Assembly: GCF_009914755.1 (NCBI RefSeq)
Contig: NC_060927.1
Source: the human T2T-CHM13v2.0 reference genome, Homo sapiens
Length of the DNA stretch: 64,000 nt
Direction: 5' to 3' (one strand)
A program made the translations under genes and the position numbers. Every line of letters starts with the position of its first letter. Positions within the stretch are counted from its first letter, which is position 1. Under the pieces are notes generated by a model that saw nothing but the letters and a program-made list of their open reading frames with translations, was not told the origin of the DNA and ran no database searches. Below are positions 15,540 to 29,757 of the stretch, piece by piece.

Positions 15540-15765
15540 GCATTGGAATGGGTATATGCTTCAGAATCCAAATCTTTGTTTCTACACTTAATACATATGC
15601 AATGTTAGGCAAGCAAATTAACTTCTCTGTCTTCTAGTTCTCATATATCTATCAAAGGTAAAAAAAAAAAAAAACTTCAGTAAATTGTTATAAGGATTAG
15701 AGATGTCTGTAAAGAAACTTCCACAATGGTACTATTCAAAAGGTAGTTGCTATACCATTATTTAT
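15540..15765 (+). mobile_element. MIR
   Basis: aatgttaggcaagcaaattaacttctctgt...ttgttataaggattag. Confidence 0.65.
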
Positions 15766-15895
15766 TGTGTTTGTGTATATATATATATATATATATATTT
15801 CTTTAATATTAATTATTATTTTTGTGGACACTAGGGAAGAACCACCCATATCTATAAGTTTTCCCTGTTTGCTTTATTTTTAAATGATTTTTTAG

Positions 15896-16222
<327 letters not shown>

Positions 16223-16289
16223 TGACTCATAAAAAGGACTTAAAGTGCAGACACTGATGGTTTATTCACACAAAGCTATAAATGATACA

Positions 16290-16460
16290 TATATTTCTTG
16301 AGCCCCTAACATATTCCAGGCACTGTGCTCAGAGATTTACCTGTTATTTCATTTTTTCCACTTTACTGTGAGAAACTGAGTCATAATGTAGTTAAATACA
16401 ATTTCCCAAAATCATAAGCCAGTAAATGGCAGAGCCAGAGTTTAATACCAAGTCTGCTTT
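16290..16460 (-). mobile_element. MIR
   Basis: ccaggcactgtgctc...gagaaactgag...agccagtaaatggcagagccagagttt. Confidence 0.75.
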
Positions 16461-16603
16461 ACATCTCTCTACTATAATGGCTCTCCCTCTGTGTAACATT
16501 GGAGTCTTAATCATCGGAGTAAAGATGAAGAGAAATGAGAATATGAACGAATGTATAACTTAATGGGATGATAAGAAGGGGAGGAGATTGTGCTTTCATA
16601 ATA

Positions 16604-16805
16604 AGAGCATAGTCACATTAGAGTGGGTTCAAGTCCTAAGTTTTCTCCTGCCAACTATGTGACTTCCAGCTAGTTCTTCCACCTCCCTGCAATCATTGCT
16701 ATTCTCACCTATGAAATGAAGCTAATAATAGAACTTCCATCTTGGGATGCTTGTGTGGATAAAATAGGATAAAATGCCCGGTATACCGTAAGCATTCAAA
16801 TAATA
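16604..16805 (+). mobile_element. MIR
   Basis: gggttcaagtcc...ctatgtgactt...ctcacctatgaaatgaagctaataatag. Confidence 0.7.
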
Positions 16806-16989
16806 TTCGGTGTGTTTACAATAGGTTCAAAAACAGGAGGTTAATGTATAGCAGAAAAATTTCATCTACATATTACAGTTTTGCTTGAGACATCTTGTGA
16901 ACAAGACTTTGCTTGAAGAGCAGGGTACCCACATCAGCCAACATTCTTTAATATGGCCAGCAATGCGGAAATGTTACATTAAATCTACA

Positions 16990-17195
16990 ATTTATTAAGC
17001 ATCTATCGCAGGCCAGAGAGTTCGCTGGGCATATTGTATACAATCCCTCAAATCTCACATCAAACTTGTAAGGTGCTACTATTGAACCTGTTTTACAGAC
17101 GCAGATACACATGAATGGAAAGGTAAGGTAGCACATCCGGAATTACACATGTACAGTTAGTACACTGGCACAAGCTGATGTTGAGTACTTTGAAG
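16990..17195 (-). mobile_element. MIR
   Basis: tttattaagcatcta...ctgttttacagacgcagatac. Confidence 0.6.
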
Positions 17196-17218
17196 ATTGT
17201 CTAATTCCAAAATGTGCC

Positions 17219-17828
<610 letters not shown>

Positions 17829-19793
17829 TAAAATACACATTTTTTATGGTACTTTCTTCCCTCTTGCTAAGATTGCTTATCTCCGTTTTAGATACTGGAT
17901 ATTTCAGCCACAAGAAATGGATCTCAAAAGTCTTACATTGTTGATGAAGTTAGGGATATGGCCAAGGTTCTTCCATTTCTTGACTTTGGAAGGCTTACAT
18001 TTTGTGTTTTTGTTTTGTTTGCTTGTTTATATATATATTTTTTGATATTTGGAGTGAATTAGAAGGTGCCCAAGAGAACCTGAATATCTTGAATAAGTTT
18101 CTCATTGCACTCAAACACCAAATATCAATTATAAAATGTTTCCAGATCCAAAAATAATTGAGAGGGAATCTATCCATTGGAAATTAATGTAAGATAAATC
18201 TCTCTAGAACATATATGAGGCATATTGTTTTATAGATTAGTCTTGCAGCTATACGTTATGTTTATGAAATTTCTAATATCATTTTATGTAACTAAGTGTC
18301 CCAGAAACCATCTACAACTTTTTAATTTAATCTTAACATATATCAACATGTAGTTAGTATATGTAACAGATATTAAAATTGTGTGGAGCTCTCACAATGA
18401 TCTAATCAATCTAATCAAATAATATAAGCTCCTTTTAGGAAATTTACATTAATATAACATGCATATAATCAATAGTTAAGTTATTGTTTATCTTATTTTG
18501 TAAGTCTTGTAAATATATGAAATTCAAATAAAATAACAATTATTCTAGTTAAATGCCAATGATTAAGTCAATGGTTCAAACTGTGTTTCCTAGGTGTCCT
18601 ACAATTTTTTATTTCTTGTTCTACTAGCTTCGTGAAGGTTAAATCTTGAATATTTTGATTTTTAAATTTGAGGCTCGTAGGCTATTATATGCATGTTTTC
18701 GTCAGGTTTGTATTGTTTGCCAGAAAACCATCATAAATATTATAATCTCATCAATGATTGATGGATATTTTCAGCTAAATATGTGACATTCTCTGTTGTT
18801 ATGTAGGTTATACTTTTTTCAACAGAGTTTATATTTTTGGATGTTCCTTCAGACATTTACATTTTTCAAGAGTTGGTATTTCCAATTTAATCACTTTTTA
18901 AAAGTTAATTTAGTGACAGCTGCATAACCGGATAATTAGTCTTCATTTTGGTGTACCCAGCATGAATAGCTTTTCATTACTTTATGTTTCCATCTAGGTA
19001 ATGTGTGTCTTGATACTACTGCACTTGGAAACATACGTTTATTAAATAAAGACTTGGAGTAAGTGAAATACATTTCCTTAACTGTTTGTAAGCTGCAGCT
19101 ATCAACTGGTTCAAGGAGCTTTGACAACAAGTGAAAGTGGCAGAATTCAATAAAGTGGCAGAAAATTTCACCTTATCTATTGCAGATTTTAGAATCAATA
19201 CAGTAAATGTGTTAATATAAAAAAAGTTAAAAGATTCCTTATGAAAAATAATGAAGCTTTAAAATTTAATGACTAATTGAAATACCAGGCCCCTTTTGTG
19301 TGACTATGGCTTCTCTCATTATACTAAATCAGAAATTGAACTGGACTGCAAGGCACAGAGAAAGTCTTTGAGAGACTGATCTTTGTTGCAAGAGACTCTT
19401 TAAGCTGCATTGTATCGTTCCTAAGCCTAATTTTATTATTTCTAGGGAATGTGATGTACTCTGTCTGTAAGTACCAAAGAGCCACAAAACCCAAGAAACA
19501 GTGCATTTGCTGAATCATATATCAAACTGAGAAGAGATTTGTTAAAAATAATTCTTTTGAAGAATACATTCAGCCTCAATTGTATATCCTCGTCTGGCCA
19601 CATGCTGGTTTTCTCTCTTGATTTCTACCCCTTTAGCTTTCCCTTTATGTCTGCCTCCTAGTTTTAAAAAGAGCATTCCAGCCTCTGATAATGACTTACA
19701 AGCTTTATTATAAATTATTGGTGCTTTGGAGGTATAACAAAGAGGACGATTTTTCTTAAGCTGTGATAAAACCAATCATATCAGAAGAGCTCT

Positions 19794-19834
19794 GTGTGTG
19801 TGTTAGTGTATGTGTGTGTTAGTGTGTGTGTGTG
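19794..19834. repeat. Interrupted (TG)n
   Basis: tgtgtgtgtgttagtgtatgtgtgtgttagtgtgtgtgtgtgt. Confidence 0.85.
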
Positions 19835-22561
19835 TCTATGTTGGCTAGTTCTAGAATGTTTTTAAAGCAGACAAGTTTTCTTTGAAAATCGTTATATTAT
19901 TAATTTTTAAGAATATCATTGCAATAAGTGGCATAAGAGTACCTTGCAAATCTCTCCAAAGGGACAAGATAAAGCCAACATGGTTCAAAAGTTCAGAATG
20001 CAAAGCTTCAAAGTGTGAGCCTGGAAGAAAGGAAATTCCTCTGGGATCACTATCATTTTCTTACATTCCCACCAATGCTTTGCTGGTTTGTTCTGAAGAA
20101 CCATTCTCACAGACCCCTCATTACAATTTCTGCTGTGACTGGCCACAGTTACTTGAAACTTGTGTTGAAAGACAAGCTATTTATCCACGTTGTCATTTTG
20201 CTGCTCTGTGGCCAGGGGATTAATCGCTTTCTCAAGGGCCTACCTCTACCATTTCCTTTACTTTCGGGAAAGGAGATTTTAAGTAAATACCACTGTATGA
20301 CCACAGCTTATTCTTCAAATAGAAATGTAATATATCATTTAAAGAAAGAAAATTACCAGGAGATAATTTTAGCCAGAGTTCACTTATTTAATGCATACTT
20401 GAGAGGTGACCTCACTTCATGGTCAAATCAAGTCTAAAAGTACCCTTCTGAATACATGAAAAGCTAATGTCTTCATACAAGTGAGCCTTGAGGGCTGGCT
20501 AGGTGACAAGCATTTGCCGGCTTCCATTTTCACCAGCTTAAATCTACAAGCTGCAGAAGGGCTACATGGAAAGGGACAGAAGAGTCTTTCCAGGAAACAA
20601 AACTGGTTAAGATACACGAGGACTGATGCCTGGTTCAGCCAATGAATCAATGGAATGAATTCAGTATTAGCATTTTAAATGGCTCAGGTAAAATGATAAT
20701 AAACCAATAGCATCTCACTAAAATATACACATGTAAAAATGGATATTTAGGACCAGATAATTTTCAAAGAATGAATTCATCATATATTAACACTTATGTG
20801 TTAATTCCTTTATAATGATTTAATTTTTTAATAAGTTCCTTCTATTAGCTACATAAAGTCACTTATGTCATCCTGTTACCATTCATGGCAAACTTATGAA
20901 ATACATGTTATTTTCATCTTATGAGCAAGTAAAATTGAGTTGGATAAGAACTAAGGAGCTTCGATTAATATTACATATTTAGCCTATGTGCCAGAATTCA
21001 AGTTCATATCTGTCTGATTCTTTATCCATACTTTTCCCATTACACTATGAAGTTCTTCCTTTGACATCCATAAATTAATGTATATTCACTTATTTGTATA
21101 TAATCACATACAGCAATAAACTACGCTAGAAAAATTGCATTTGAGAAATATGTTATAAAGAACAACAAAAGCCCATTTTTATTCCGAACATAATCTACTG
21201 TAATTAATTGCCCAGCATTTTCCCTGGGATATCCCTGCCTCTGACACTATAACTGAAATGTGTCACTTCCATTAATACAGAGAGATGATTGTAACAGGAA
21301 TACAAATTCTTCTATAGAATAAAAATATACTAAACATTTCCATTTTTTTCTAAATATATAGAATTTGCCAAGGGTTCAACTGGCTAACCCTGTATAAACT
21401 ACTTATGTACCCAGATTTATTATCAATTTGTGTATAGATGGATTAACATATGTTAGATTTTATATGTCAGATGATGTATTAAAACATGAAGAATAAGCAT
21501 ATGTATTTGCCAGAAATAGACATCTCTACTGTTTCTCTAAAAAAAAAATAAATAAAAAGGGTACACCTGTAAACATACTAATTTGTCTTTAGTGGTCAAA
21601 AGAGTGTTTCATCAAGTGTGTGTTGATTGCTTTAGACTTATGGACACATAATAGTTCAGAAGCTCAGATGAAAACCATAACATTTGCATTTTTGCATGTG
21701 CTTTACAATTCAAAAGAATGCTATTAATAGCTTAAAGGCAAATTATTGGCCATAACTAGGAGATGCTGGATTCAGTTAAGAACCTATTCACTTGATTCAA
21801 CTCAACAAATGGTTCTATACTAGACCCATTGCTAAGTCAGGAAGTGTGTGGCAAAGGGAATCCCTATGGCAGGCAGTGCAGAGGTGAGCAGGATCTAACC
21901 TGGCAATTAAATCACAAGGATAATTAACCTGTTCTCATAATATCCTTACCAAATTTTATTTTGATCATATCTAAATGGAAGCTCTGACAAACTCACTGTT
22001 TTGCATCTGGTACTTAAGTTTCTCAAATAACCATATTGAAGATGGTATTTTTCTTTTTTCAGTCTTTAACACAAGTCCCTTGAGAATTACATCTAACACC
22101 TTAACAAATTCTTTAAAGGAAATTGTAGGAACTCTCTTTCTTACTCAGTGAGCTGTAAAACAAAATCATGATGAGTTTCCAGAGTCTCCAAAAAAAAAAT
22201 CTTACTGCTTGTTGAGGTTCTACTCCTGCAAAGGATTTTGTGTTTGGAACTGAGCCACATTTCCCTAACTGCCATTCAAAAATAATGTTTATTTGGATTG
22301 ATTTCCTTTGGGGGAATTTGTTGTTAGTTGAAAACATTTTTTTTTTTTAATTTCTTCAATAACCTGGAAAGTACTTTGGTTTGTTAGTTCTTTCTGACTC
22401 CTAAGTTTTTTTGAATGCAGAGAAAGGCGTTGATTATATTTTATTGCTAGTAAGAAGCATGGCTGGTGCTCTTTGTACCCATTCATGAACATATGTGCAC
22501 TTATTTGTATAGATTATATATATAAATATAAGTGATCTTTTTTTCACATTAAGGATGAATC

Positions 22562-22886
22562 TGTTCATTTGTGGTGGCTCAGACCTGTAATCCCAGTGCT
22601 TTGGGAAGCCGAGGTGGAGGACTGCGTGAACCTAGGTGCTTGAGACAAGCCTGAGCAACATAGCAAGACTCTGTCTCTACAAAAAATCAAAGAAAATTAG
22701 CCAAGCCTATTGGTGCACACCTGTAGTCCCAGTTACTCTGGAGGCTGAGGTAGGAGGAATACAACAAGCTATGATCCTGCCACTGCACTCCAGTCTGGGC
22801 AACAGAGTGAGATCATGTCTCAGAGAAATACATAAATAAATACATACACACATAAATACATAAATACATAAAAATTAAAATAGAAA
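22562..22886 (+). mobile_element. AluJ with (TAAA/TACA)n tail
   Basis: J-type body; TSD aaggatgaatc (22551-22561, 22887-22897). Confidence 0.92.
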
Positions 22887-24148
22887 AAGGATGAATCACT
22901 TAGAAAATAGCATTATCAACTGCTAACAAGTCCATAGTTTTGTTTTTGTTTTTCACTTTTCCTTTTCTGAAGATTTTGTAAAGAGCTATTTAGTGCAAGT
23001 ATATATCAAAGCTGTGTTTGTATTTCACAAGTTAACAGTACAAATATCCAGCTAAAGAACCTCGGCCTGTGGACCCAAGGGGCCTACGTAAACAGAGGCC
23101 CCAGAAGGAAGATAAGCTGAGACCCAAGTTCAGCTGTGTCAGAGACTACGATTTGCATCTCCTCAGCTTTGGCTTCCTTTCCTCCTTTATTTATATTTTC
23201 ATTTGTGCCTAGTCTTTGCCCAGTCCTGGTGGCAAACCCTTAGGCCAAGTCCTAGCAACTCAGTGGGCAACATGCTTCAGTAGTCCACTGAAAATTATCA
23301 CTTTACCTATTTCTTACTTCAGGTTATTATATATAAAATTTTTGCCTTACATCTTACCCTGAGAGAGTATAAGAAGTATAAGAAAATGCTTTGATAAAGG
23401 AAATCATTATAAAGTTCAAGTTATAACATTATATTAATAAGAATATCATAGAAAGAATAATTATAATATTCATATCATTATTATTAAACTAAATGAATAA
23501 TATAATCAACCACTACTGTAATGGAAAGAAAAATCCAACATCTTATACCTTATTATCAATAGCATTGTCTTCATGTATGATGGGCACCATATTTCAGCAT
23601 GTCACAGATAATTAACACCTTATCTATTAACTACATACACAAGAGACATGGCATGACTTTTTCTGAACGTTAGATTTCTAATTTCAGTGTAATAATGAAC
23701 ATTTACTAAGCTCTGACTATGTATGAGATCTTGTGCTAGAGAAGAAAAAGATAATAAAAGATGAATTAGACATTTTTGCCACCCCATCCCATCCCAAAGG
23801 GCTCACCGTCTAGTTCAAAACACAGTAGACAATATCACCTTGTAATGGGGCTTTGACTACATCTGATAAGCTGCCTCTCTGAGTAGATGGGGACACAGGT
23901 GGGGATGGGTGATAAACTCAAGAAAAGGGCACACCAAAGTGATGAACATACAATGAGTTATGGCAGGACAAGAGGTTTTGAGTCTCTCTTGACTGAATAA
24001 CATGTTTTCCTTTTTAATTTTGGTGGTTCTGTTAACAAATCACAGGATTTACATTTCTAGAAGAGTCTTGCAAACAGATTAGTCTTTTCTCATTCATATA
24101 GCAAATAAAATTATCTTTTATTTGAAGGACAACAAAGTGTGGCAATCT

Positions 24149-24240
24149 TGAAAATAGGAAAATTCTAATAAACCGCCTTGATAAACATTACATCTGAAAA
24201 CATAAAAATTCTAATAAACAGCCTTGATACATATTACATT
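24149..24240. repeat. 46-bp tandem duplication, 2 copies
   Basis: tgaaaa...aaaattctaataaac(c/a)gccttgata(a/c)a(c/t)attacat repeated at 24149 and 24195. Confidence 0.9.
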
Positions 24241-24384
24241 TGCATGCAAATATTCTGAAGCTATTTTGTTAGCCTTTTAATCCCCCCCTTTTTCTTATTT
24301 TTCTTTTCTTTTTAAAACTTGATATTCTATTATTTAGACAAAGGAAAAATGTTTAGTGAATAGCTGGCCAGAAACTGTCATAAT

Positions 24385-24555
24385 CTCAGTAAGTCCCATA
24401 AATTAAGCAACTGAATCTTCACAAAATATGCATTATTTTTCATCTGAGTTTGCAGATGAGGAAAGCAACTCGGCCAAGGTCAATTACCTAGCAAGGTGAT
24501 CACCCAGCCTGAAGGACTGCAACCCAGGTGTTCTGGTTACTATGTTCATGTTTCG
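24385..24555 (-). mobile_element. MIR
   Basis: aatcttcacaaaa...ttgcagatgaggaaagc...caaggtgatcacccagc. Confidence 0.6.
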
Positions 24556-25175
24556 CTAAGGCCTTGTAATTTATTTACTTACTTATTCTTTTCTGACACA
24601 GCCTCCTACAGTGTTTAAGGAACCTCTCTGATATTGCATTTGCTTTTGCTGACCTTCATTGTAGACTTAAGTGTCTAAATACCTACAAAATTTGTTGCTC
24701 GAAATGTGCCTCTTTACTTAGTGTTTGGAACCATCTATTCTTAGAAATGTTTTTGGCCTCTCTTCCCCAGCTGTTGGTAGCCCTTAGAGGGCTTTGTGGG
24801 ATAGTAATGGTTTATTTCAGTTGGCTAAATCATACCATTCAAAAAAGCAAAAGTAGTAAACAGCTTACAGACTGCTAAGACATGACCTCACTTTCACATC
24901 TTCCATAATAGCCCGTCCTCACTCTGTACAAGGATTCCTTTTGAATTAAAAAAAAATTCCATATGATAATAATAATACACTCTATGATATAACAAGAAGA
25001 TACTAGGAACGCAGACATGCTTTAATATGAATTTGTATCTTATGTTACATGTAAATACGTGTGAAAAACAGTAATATTTATAACGTGGAAAATACATCGT
25101 GCTTTAGTTGATGTCATTGTTTATTGTGTACTTGTGTTCTTGGATCTTTGAAACAAATCTCAAGTGATCTTCCTA

Positions 25176-25622
<447 letters not shown>

Positions 25623-27559
25623 TTAGCTTTTGAAGGAAAGTATAATTCTTCCCCTGAGAAACATAAGTCTTCTAATTTTTATTATTTTTAAATTTTGTCC
25701 TTTAATTTTAACCAGTCAATTTATGACTATAACTGTCAAAACACAAATCTTTTTTGACATCCCAGCATAGATTTTAATTGTCAGTGTGCTTAGCATTAAA
25801 AAAAAACTTTCCAAACTTTGTTTCTCCAAAACTCTTCTTACAGACATGCTGTAAATTATATACATATATTGATGATTCATATGAAGACATGATTTAGCTG
25901 TGACACAGATATAACCAGATCTCAAATATGCAAGATTAATGACCATGGAATAGACATTCCTAAAATGGGCAGATAATTGGACGTACAGAGTCTCGTCTGC
26001 CACTGAATTTAAACTCTGAAAATAAACTCAATGTTATCCAATGTCCCATGTTTTGTTGGTGTTTTGGTTAGATAGAGAATAAAAACTGGCAATATGTCGT
26101 AAATATCTAAACTGAAGACTCACTTCAGAGAATCTGAAAGATAGAAGTAGAAACTAAAAAATGGAACTAGGCAATTTTATAGATAACATTCACAACAGAT
26201 GTTGTTTTCCAGGTAAATAAAAGGTCGAACAATATGAAACTAGAGGATTATCTACATTGTTTTGGACACAATACCCCATAGTTAGGTCATTGTTATTTTT
26301 AACTCTATGAAATAACCTTTTCAGACTGAATAACATTTTCACATAAGCCCACAGATGCTCATTGTCATCAACGTAATTTTTGTTTGCTTTAATCGCTTAA
26401 ATGGGAAATGGGAAGTTTTTTACAAACCGTATTTGAATGGCACCGCAATGACCAGCATTTTCTGTTTAATCTTTAGGTTGCATTTTTAGTATGTCCACTG
26501 AAAACATTACAGAGAATGGCTGGTAAGTAGCCTCATGTGTGACTCAACTGGTGACATTTTATAACAATTGGTATTCCTGTCTACACAAGGAAACCTCCAG
26601 CCCACAGCAGGACACATAATTGTTCCCTTTACATTGATTTCCATTGAGTCACATTGTGCTTTACTACCTTGCAAACTGTTTAAATGAATGATTAGTCTGA
26701 AAACATAGTTAATGTTTTAGAATAATTAAGACATGAAAACAAACCAAACACATTCTTATTTTGCACCGTAAATTTCATTGCTAAGAGGAATTTTATATCA
26801 GGCAATGCAAACTATGTGATCATCTTGAAACTAGGTGAAAAGTGATTACTGACTTCATATGATATTGCTGAAAATCAAAGCCTAACAAATTATTAAACCT
26901 GAATTTAAATTCTGTGCTCATTTTAATCATATATGGTTCGCTTTCACATCAGCATTTGCTGTTGAGTAATACAGTGTCTTTTCTAGACTTTGGTTTATAT
27001 TTTAATGCTTCCATTTGCTATTCATGTTGGAAATGGCATCCTATGTAAATGCTTTCATGCAAATTTGAAATTGAAGCTAAGTACCAGAAAGGAAAGCAAG
27101 AAGTACATGAATTAATAAAAGTTAAACTATCCCAGTTAATCTCATACAAAGAAGCCCTGTGTGGCTCAATAATGTTGGCAGCTCATGATATAAACATTAT
27201 GTTTCCTCACCAGTTTCATGTTCACTGCCCATTATGAACTGCATTATAACAAACATTTTAAAAGAAAGCTTTACAGAGAGGAAAGTGATTCAATAAGTAA
27301 CAGTGAACACTTGTGATTTCTGAAAATCCTAATTGAACCAGTGAGAGGGTGAATGGTCAGCAGTTTTTGAAATATCTTTAAAAGGTTATAAATAAATTTT
27401 GGGCAAGTAGGTTTTTCCATTATAGGTACATGGAAATTGAAAAATACTTTTCTTTATGGAAAACAATACTAACATGGGTGCTGGTGCAAAGAAAAGCTTT
27501 GTAATGGATTATAAGGTACAGGAATAACTTGGTTGAGTATTTAGAAATTTGAAATGGTA

Positions 27560-27700
27560 CTCACTTGGAGAAAGCTTTGGTTCACTGCAGAAGTCATGCA
27601 ACTAACCTCATGAATTTTGTTGATTCATTATTAAACTTCTGATAAGAGGAAAGCTATAACATTTCTATATTTCAGCAAAAACATTTGACAACACCTTCTG
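27560..27700 (+). mobile_element. CR1/L3 LINE reverse-transcriptase remnant
   Basis: ggttcactgcagaagtcatgcaactaacctcatgaattttgttga...tatatttcagcaaaaacatttgaca resembles the coding sequence of the CR1 RT motifs GF..KSC.TNL..F.D and YLDFSKAFD. Confidence 0.55.
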
Positions 27701-28900
27701 CATTGCTGAGCACTACAGTTACATGGAGTTGTATCTGCCGTACTTTGTTTTGATGTAAAGCATTTGATAGTTACACAGAACTAGGATCTAATTTAGTATT
27801 TTCGTAAAGATACTGTCTTGGTAAAGATGGGAAAATCATCTGTAAATTTCAGATAATAGTAATATCTCCTCATGACAGAATGAGTATGTGTAAAATAATG
27901 AATAAGTTTAACATGGACCTATTTATACTTTGAAGTAATCCTTACAGATTCTTTGCTGATATTCTAAAATGCATGAATTTCTGTGCATTCATGCAAAGCT
28001 CAAGATTCCAAACTCAGCATTCTTCTGTTTGCATATGACCTTGCAAGTCTGCATTATATATGTCCCTGACAATATTCTTGGTGATTCCTATAGTTATTTT
28101 TTAAACTATGTTAAAAATTAAGGACACTTAGTAAAGCAATTGAAAATGCAAAGCTAAATATAGCAGAGAACCTACTTCAAGGTGGTGAGAGTACATATTC
28201 AAGGCTCTGATTTACACTTCTATTTCACATGGTAGACCTATTTATCTTAAGTAACAACTAATTGCAATATATTAGAGGTCACTTTATGCATCGATCTTAT
28301 AGCCTCACAATGCAAATATTTATATTATTTAAAATAAAGCACTTTTTTCTGTATTTTCCTGTTGAAATACATAGTGCCACCTTTATTTGCGCAGAAGAAA
28401 GAATATCAAGAATGCTCTTAATGACCTGAGATTTTTAGGAATATATTTGAGTGTCTTTTAACAATGAATAAATGCGATGGATTCTTCTAAATAGCTCAGT
28501 TCAGCTCTCTTTTGCCAGATGAGAACTATATTGCTCAGAAAATCAGGATGAATAACCAGAGAAATCAATATTTTTTGGACTTAAAAATGAAAGCAGTATT
28601 ATAAAGGACATTCTCCAGGCTCTGAAAAACCAAGTTGTCTATGTCTCAGAGAAATAAAATAGGTAACAGATACTTAACTCAGTTTCGAGAAGAGAAATTG
28701 CAACCTTATAATAAATAGTGGAAATAAAATATGGGTTCACCCTGCTGCAGTTCCACACACACATACCCTAAATGCACATATATGAATACGATTTCCCAAG
28801 CAAAGACAGAGAAGATATTTCAGACTTATGAGGGCTCTGTTCAGCTGGTTTCTTGTTTTACTTTTTTTTGTGTAAATATAAGGAGTACAAGTGCAGTTTT

Positions 28901-29230
28901 AGAGTTTTTTTTGTTTGTTTGTTTGTTTTTTTTAAAAAAAAAAAAGAAAAACAGGGTCTTGCCCTGTTGCCAAAGCTGGAGTGCAATGGCACAATCACTG
29001 CTCACTGTAGACTCAACATCTTGAGCTGAAATGATCCCCCCATCTCAGCTTCCCAAGCAGCTGGGACTACAGGTGTGCAGCACCACACCTGGATATTTTT
29101 TGTGTTTTTTTGTGGAAGTGGGGTTACGCCATGTTGCCCAGGTTGGTCTCGAACTCCTGGGCTGCAGTGGTCTTCCTGCCTCAGCCTCTCAAAGTGCTGG
29201 AATTACAGGTGTGAGCTACCACATTTGGCC
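28901..29230 (-). mobile_element. AluJ inserted in L1
   Basis: TSD caagtgcagtttt (28888) / caagtgtagtttt (29231). Confidence 0.92.
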
Positions 29231-29563
29231 CAAGTGTAGTTTTTTTTACTTAGATATATTGTATATTGGTGAAGTCTGGGCTTTTAGTGTAACCAGCATG
29301 TGAATAATGTTCACTGTACCTGTTAAGTAATTTCTCATCCCTCAGCTCCCTTCCACCCTCCCACTCTTCCAGGTCTCCAGTGTCTATTATTTCACATTGT
29401 ATGACCATGTGTACACTCATTTAGCTCCCACCTATAAGTGAGTACATGTAGTATTTGACATTTTGTTTCTGAGTTGTTTTACTTAAAATAATGGCCTCCA
29501 GTTCCATTCATGTTGCTTCAAAAGACATGATTTCATTTTTCTTTATTGCTGAATGGTATTGGG

Positions 29564-29601
29564 GTGTATGTGTGTGTGTGGTGTGTGTGTGTGTGTGTGT
29601 G
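29564..29601. repeat. (TG)n microsatellite
   Basis: Directly visible, with two interruptions. Confidence 0.95.
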
Positions 29602-29731
29602 CGCAGGTATATGTTTGATATGATTTTTTTTTCCTTTGGGTAGACACTCAGTAGTGGGGTAGTGGGATTGCTGGAATGAATGATAGTTAATTTTGTGCAG
29701 AGAAAAGTAACTTCTTCCAATTACTTTTCTT

Positions 29732-29757
29732 ACACACACACACACACACACACACAC
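29732..29757. repeat. (AC)13 microsatellite
   Basis: Directly visible. Confidence 0.95.

Larger units (their letters stand above)
28860..29690 (-). mobile_element. L1PB/L1MA-type 3' end, interrupted by an AluJ and a (TG)n
   Basis: ggtgaagtctgggcttttagtgta, tttagctcccacctataagtgag; minus frame YHSAIKKNEIMSFEAT matches the ORF2p end. Confidence 0.88.

Noticed and set aside
19882-20650. Overlapping 113, 140 and 75 aa ORFs in non-repeat DNA
   Set aside because: Non-ATG starts, no recognisable homology or convincing splice boundaries; compatible with chance
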